Source: Verrucomicrobiota bacterium
GTDB lineage: Bacteria > Verrucomicrobiota > Verrucomicrobiia > Verrucomicrobiales > Akkermansiaceae
Reading direction: 5' to 3'
Assembly (NCBI GenBank): GCA_027619375.1
Contig: JAQCFL010000002.1
Coordinates: 1,663 to 65,662, forward strand
DNA: 64,000 nucleotides
The position numbers were made by a program, and so were the translations under genes. Below the pieces are notes generated by a model that was not told where the DNA came from, did not search any database, and was given only the letters and a program-made list of their open reading frames with translations. Numbering within the stretch: position 1 is the first letter of the stretch; each line of letters begins with the position of its first letter. Positions 59,904-64,000 of the stretch are shown in pieces.

Positions 59904-62792
59904 CTATCCTAATGTGGCCGCGGCGGTCTTGAGGAGTTCATCCTTTTTGTCGCGCTGGGGGGCGGTGCCGCGGGCCATGTCGGGCTTGCCGCCGCCCTTG
60001 CCTCCGGCGAGGGGAGCGAGAGAGTTGATGAGGGCGCCGGCCTTGTGGGCACTACCAGAGCCGCAGTAGGCCCCGAGGTGGAGGCGTTCGCCATCGTCCA
60101 CCACGAAGAAGGCGGCGCCATCGAATTGGCGCTTCTTCAGGCCGGTGAGGAGTTCCTGCAAAAGTTCGGCGGGACCATCGACGCCCACGGCGAGGTTGCC
60201 GCCCTTTTCGAGGAGGGAGGCGAGAAGGTCGTCGGCGATCTTGCCGGCGGCCTTGGCCTGTTCCTTCTTCAGAGTTTTCTGGGCCTCGATGGCGGCGTGT
60301 TTGACCTCGTCGCGGTGGGCGAGGGCCTTGGCGAGGAGGCTGTTGATCTCGTGGATGTCGGCCTTGGCGACCACGGCTTCGGCGACGAGGTGGGGGAGGT
60401 CGGGGACGAGGGAGGGATCGAGGCCGGCGGCCTGGAGGGCGGTGTTGGCGGCGGCCAACTTCTCCTCGGCGGCCTTGATTTCCTCGCTGAGATTGGTGGC
60501 CTGTTCCTGGAGGGAGGCCCAGGCGGCCTCGCCGCAGGCGGCCTCGATGCGGCGCACTCCGGCGGCGATGGCTTCCTCGCGCTTGATGCGGAAGAAGCCG
60601 ATCTCTCTGGTGTTGCGGACGTGGGTGCCACCGCAGAGTTCCTGGGAATAGCCGTTGATTTCCAGCGGCTTACCGCCGATCTGGACCACGCGGACCAGCT
60701 CGCCGTATTTGTCGCCGAAGAACTGCATGACGTCCTCCCGGCCCTTCACCCGGGCGTGGGGGACCTCCTGCCAGCTGACGCTGTCGGCGGCCTTGATGCG
60801 CTCGTTGACCATCTCCTCCATCCGGGAGATTTGCTCGGCGCTGACCGGAGCGGAGCTGAAATCGAAGCGGAGGCGGTCCTCGGCGACGAGGGAGCCCTGC
60901 TGGGTGGCGTCCCTGGAAACGACCTCGTGGAGGGCCCAGTGGAGGAGGTGGGTGGCGGTGTGGTGGGCCTCGATGGGACGGCGGCGGGCCGTGTCGAGCT
61001 TCAGGGTGACCTGGTCGCCCGGTTCGACCGGGCCGACGAGGTTGGCGGGGACGCCGTGGGCGCGGGCTCCGCCAATCTGCTGCACGGCGACGACGGGGAT
61101 GTCGTTGTTGTTGACGACTAGATATCCAGTATCCCCGACCTGCCCGCCCATTTCGGCGTAGAAGCAGGTGCGGTCGGTGATGATCCAGAGGAGGTCTTCC
61201 TCGCTGTGTTCCTCGAGGACGGTGGTGGCGCACTCGTCCTGCTCGAAGCCGACGAACTCGGTGACGGCGTCGGTGGCGATGTCGAGGGCGGAGACGATTT
61301 CGGACTTCTGGGCCGCCCGGGCCCTTTCCCTTTGGGCCTGCATTTGGCGCTCAAACTCCTCAAGATCTAGCTCAATACCGCGCTCCTTGCAGAGGAGTTG
61401 GGTGAGGTCTAACGGAAATCCATAGGTGTCATATAGGAGGAAGACGTTCATCCCCGAGAATCGCCGGCTCACTCTCAGAAGAGCTTCTTTTCGCTCGTCA
61501 GAAAGGTCCGGTTTATTTGCGAGATCCTCCAGTAGAGCTGAAGTATTTGCCTCCATTACCTTGATATGTGTTTCAAATTCTTGGAGCCCGCGGTCGAGGG
61601 TTTGGTTGAAACTTTCCTCCTCGCGGGTGAGGGTCTTCTTGATCGTTTCGGCGCGGGAGACGAGTTCGGGGAAGACGCCGCCCATTTCGGTCTGAAGGGT
61701 GTCCATGAGTTCGGCCAGGAACGGCGTATCTCCTTGAAAGCCAAGGGATCGCCCATAGCGGACGGCGCGGCGGAGGATGCGGCGCAGCACGTAGTTGCGG
61801 CCGTTGTTGCCGGGGAGGATGCCGTCGGCGATGGAGAAGCTGAGGGTGCGGATGTGGTCGGCGATGACGCGGAAGGCGATGGCCGCTTTCAGTTCCTCGG
61901 AGTGCTCGGTCTGGCCGGGGGCGGGGAAGATGTCGGTGTATTTCCTGCCGCTGAGTTCCTCCAATTTGTCGAAGAGGGGGCGGAAGACATCGGTGGCGTA
62001 GTTGGACGGTTGGCCGGAGAAGTCGGTGAAGTTTCTTGTCGTCTGGAGGATTGAACAGACCCGTTCGAAGCCCATGCCGGTATCGACGTGTTTGGCGGGG
62101 AGGTCGCGGAAGGAGCCGTCGGCTTCGGCGTTGTATTGGATGAAGACGAGGTTCCAGATCTCGATGCAGCGGTCGCTGTCCTGGTTGACCAGCGCGCCCT
62201 TGGTGTCGCCGTTGGGGGTGAGGTCGACGTGGAGTTCCGAGCAGGGGCCGCAGGGGCCGGTGTCGCCCATCATCCAGAAATTATCGGCGACGTTGCCGTT
62301 GACGATGTGGACTTCGGGATCGCAGCCGGCCTTCTCGAAGAGGACTTTCCAGAGGTCGTAGGCTTCGTCATCGAAGACGCCGGGATCGCCCTCGCCGGGG
62401 CGGTAGATGGTGGCGTAGAGGCGTTCGGGAGGGAATCCCCAGCGGACCACGATCAGCTCCCAGGCCCAGTTGATGGCCTCGGCCTTGAAGTAATCGCCGA
62501 AGGACCAGTTTCCCAGCATCTCGAAGAAGGTGTGGTGGTAGGAGTCGATGCCGACGTCCTCGAGGTCGTTGTGTTTGCCCCCGGCGCGGATGCACTTCTG
62601 GGTGTCGGCGGCGCGGGGGGGGGCGTAGGGGGCCTTTTCGGTGCCGAGGAAGTAGGGCACGAACTGGTTCATGCCGGCATTGGTGAAGAGGAGTCCGGGA
62701 GATTGGGGGAGGAGGGAGGCGGAGGGCACGATGGTGTGTTCCTTCTCCCGGAAGAACTCGAGAAAGCTGTTGCGAATATCCGCCGCGGTCAT
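59904..62792 (-). CDS. alaS: Alanine--tRNA ligase
   Basis: An internal ATG at 62792 gives MTAADIRNSFLEFFREKEHTIVPSASLLP.... Class II motifs are present (HHTFFEMLGNWSFGDYFK; GPCGPCSE), plus the editing-domain HTATHLLH and CGGTHV and a C-terminal DHHA1-like region. There are ~25-30 extra residues before LYDTYGFPLDLT. Confidence 0.93.
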   Translation of the reverse strand: MTAADIRNSFLEFFREKEHTIVPSASLLPQSPGLLFTNAGMNQFVPYFLGTEKAPYAPPRAADTQKCIRAGGKHNDLEDVGIDSYHHTFFEMLGNWSFGDYFKAEAINWAWELIVVRWGFPPERLYATIYRPGEGDPGVFDDEAYDLWKVLFEKAGCDPEVHIVNGNVADNFWMMGDTGPCGPCSELHVDLTPNGDTKGALVNQDSDRCIEIWNLVFIQYNAEADGSFRDLPAKHVDTGMGFERVCSILQTTRNFTDFSGQPSNYATDVFRPLFDKLEELSGRKYTDIFPAPGQTEHSEELKAAIAFRVIADHIRTLSFSIADGILPGNNGRNYVLRRILRRAVRYGRSLGFQGDTPFLAELMDTLQTEMGGVFPELVSRAETIKKTLTREEESFNQTLDRGLQEFETHIKVMEANTSALLEDLANKPDLSDERKEALLRVSRRFSGMNVFLLYDTYGFPLDLTQLLCKERGIELDLEEFERQMQAQRERARAAQKSEIVSALDIATDAVTEFVGFEQDECATTVLEEHSEEDLLWIITDRTCFYAEMGGQVGDTGYLVVNNNDIPVVAVQQIGGARAHGVPANLVGPVEPGDQVTLKLDTARRRPIEAHHTATHLLHWALHEVVSRDATQQGSLVAEDRLRFDFSSAPVSAEQISRMEEMVNERIKAADSVSWQEVPHARVKGREDVMQFFGDKYGELVRVVQIGGKPLEINGYSQELCGGTHVRNTREIGFFRIKREEAIAAGVRRIEAACGEAAWASLQEQATNLSEEIKAAEEKLAAANTALQAAGLDPSLVPDLPHLVAEAVVAKADIHEINSLLAKALAHRDEVKHAAIEAQKTLKKEQAKAAGKIADDLLASLLEKGGNLAVGVDGPAELLQELLTGLKKRQFDGAAFFVVDDGERLHLGAYCGSGSAHKAGALINSLAPLAGGKGGGKPDMARGTAPQRDKKDELLKTAAATLG

Positions 62793-62936
62793 GGGTGGGG
62801 GCTGAGAAACCACGAAATCAGGGGATTGAACACGCTTTTTTACCAGCAGGGGAGGCCGGGATTTCCGCAGGCCGTGCATTGACCTCGTGGGGCAGTCAGG
62901 CTAGCGTCGGATCCGTATCCCTTACAAAGAAGTACC

Positions 62937-64000
62937 ATGAACACCCGTCCCTCTGCCCCGACTCTTGCTGCTGCCGTCGTTCTGAGCACCCTGAGCCCCC
63001 TCCATGCCGCAGAGACCGTGGCACGGACCTGGAATGAGCTGAATCTCGATGCGATCCGCGTGTCCTTTCCCGACCCGCCGGTCCATGCCCGGAACCTCTT
63101 CCACGTCTCGGTGGCGATGTACGACGCCTGGGCGGCCTATGATCCGGTCGCGGTGGGCTATGTCCACAACGAGGTGGGGCCTGCTCCGGGAATTGCGGAG
63201 CCGGGGATTGCCCCGCCCATTTCCATCGCGGCGGCGCGGCATGAGGCGATCAGCTATGCGGCCTATCGGGTGCTGGTGGCGCGTTATTTCACCTATCCTC
63301 ATCCGAAAACGCCTGCGGCAAATTCCCTGGTATCAAAGGCGGAGTTTGATGCGCAGATGGCCACGTTCGGCTATCCGCTCGGGAACACCACCACGGTGGG
63401 GGACAGTCCGGCGGCGGTGGGGAACCGGGTGGCGGCGGCGGTTCTGGCCTACGCGGACACGGATGGCTCGCGGGAGAGCACCGGCTATGACGATCCGACC
63501 TATGCGCCGGTCAACAATCCGCTCATCCTCGCCTTTCACGGAACGCAGATGAACGACCCGAATCGGTGGCAGCCGTTGGCCTTCGAGTTTGCCTTCACGC
63601 AGAACGGCATTGAGGCCGATGGGGTGCAGACCTTCGTGGGAGCGCATTGGGGGTCGGTGCGGCCGTTCGCGCTGCATTTGGAGAACGGCCAAACGCTTTA
63701 CCATGATCCCGGCATGCCGCCGTTGCTGGGTGGCGAAGGGGAGGAACAGTTCAAGCAGAACAATCTGGCGGTGGTGCGCTTCAGCAGTTGGCTGGACCCC
63801 GATGACGGAGTCTTGGTGGATATTTCCCCGGACAGTTGGGGCCGCAACTCGTGCGGCTACAACGACGGGACGGGCTACTCGGTGAATCCCAAGACCGGGC
63901 TGCCTTATCGGCCAAACATCGTGAAGCGGGGTGATTTTGGGCGGGTTCTGGCGGAGTTCTGGGCGGATGGGCCGCACTCCGAGACGCCTCCGGGGCATTG
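62937..64000 (+). CDS. Secreted protein, N-terminal part (possibly vanadium-haloperoxidase/PAP2-related family); continues beyond window
   Basis: Not in ORF track because there is no stop. The ATG at 62937 gives MNTRPSAPTLAAAVVLSTLSPLHAAE (signal peptide), then WNELNLDAIRVSFPDPPVHARNLFHVSVAMYDAWAAYD... The frame is open to 64000. The family call is from memory and weak. Confidence 0.65.
   Translation, partial: MNTRPSAPTLAAAVVLSTLSPLHAAETVARTWNELNLDAIRVSFPDPPVHARNLFHVSVAMYDAWAAYDPVAVGYVHNEVGPAPGIAEPGIAPPISIAAARHEAISYAAYRVLVARYFTYPHPKTPAANSLVSKAEFDAQMATFGYPLGNTTTVGDSPAAVGNRVAAAVLAYADTDGSRESTGYDDPTYAPVNNPLILAFHGTQMNDPNRWQPLAFEFAFTQNGIEADGVQTFVGAHWGSVRPFALHLENGQTLYHDPGMPPLLGGEGEEQFKQNNLAVVRFSSWLDPDDGVLVDISPDSWGRNSCGYNDGTGYSVNPKTGLPYRPNIVKRGDFGRVLAEFWADGPHSETPPGH

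Overview
High-GC bacterial chromosomal segment, roughly 60-65% GC judged from sample lines rather than computed. The GC3-rich codon usage, many ATGA-coupled operons, squalene-oxidase-repeat proteins, a CBM-flanked FAD oxidoreductase and TIR mini-elements suggest a PVC/Verrucomicrobiota-like organism; this is inference only. I support about 60 protein genes. Housekeeping genes are mnmG (5' part), pdhA-pdhB-pdhC, pyrE, rseP, trpS, trmL, rplU-rpmA, tsaE, gdh, deoA-deoD-cdd and alaS, interleaved with accessory modules. I saw no rRNA, tRNA or CRISPR array.

Main hunt results:
1. 24967-31723 is a seven-gene, translationally coupled minus-strand operon. It joins YceI, a prenyl-diphosphate synthase and a MacB-type ABC transporter to a cbb3 CcoN-like protein with no recognisable CuB histidines and to an MFS::CcoO::cytochrome c fusion. 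I know of no described system with this composition.
2. 36303-44302 is a phcBSRQ-like (methyl 3-hydroxy-fatty-acid-ester type) quorum-sensing cluster. PhcS and PhcR equivalents appear fused into one HK-REC-HK protein, followed by a FadL-type outer-membrane channel and a second methyltransferase.
3. 21850-22452 is a TlpA-like lipoprotein with an in-frame TGA exactly at the first Cys of WCxxC, a candidate selenocysteine with a downstream hairpin.
4. There are two related families of ~220-240 bp TIR mini-elements, short tandem repeat arrays, and direct repeats bracketing trpS.
5. There is a lower-GC accessory stretch (~52.3-56.9 kb) and a codon-usage-foreign patch inside alaS.

The ORF track omits ORFs that run off the window edges and translates non-ATG starts as M. 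Several starts below were re-chosen by eye.
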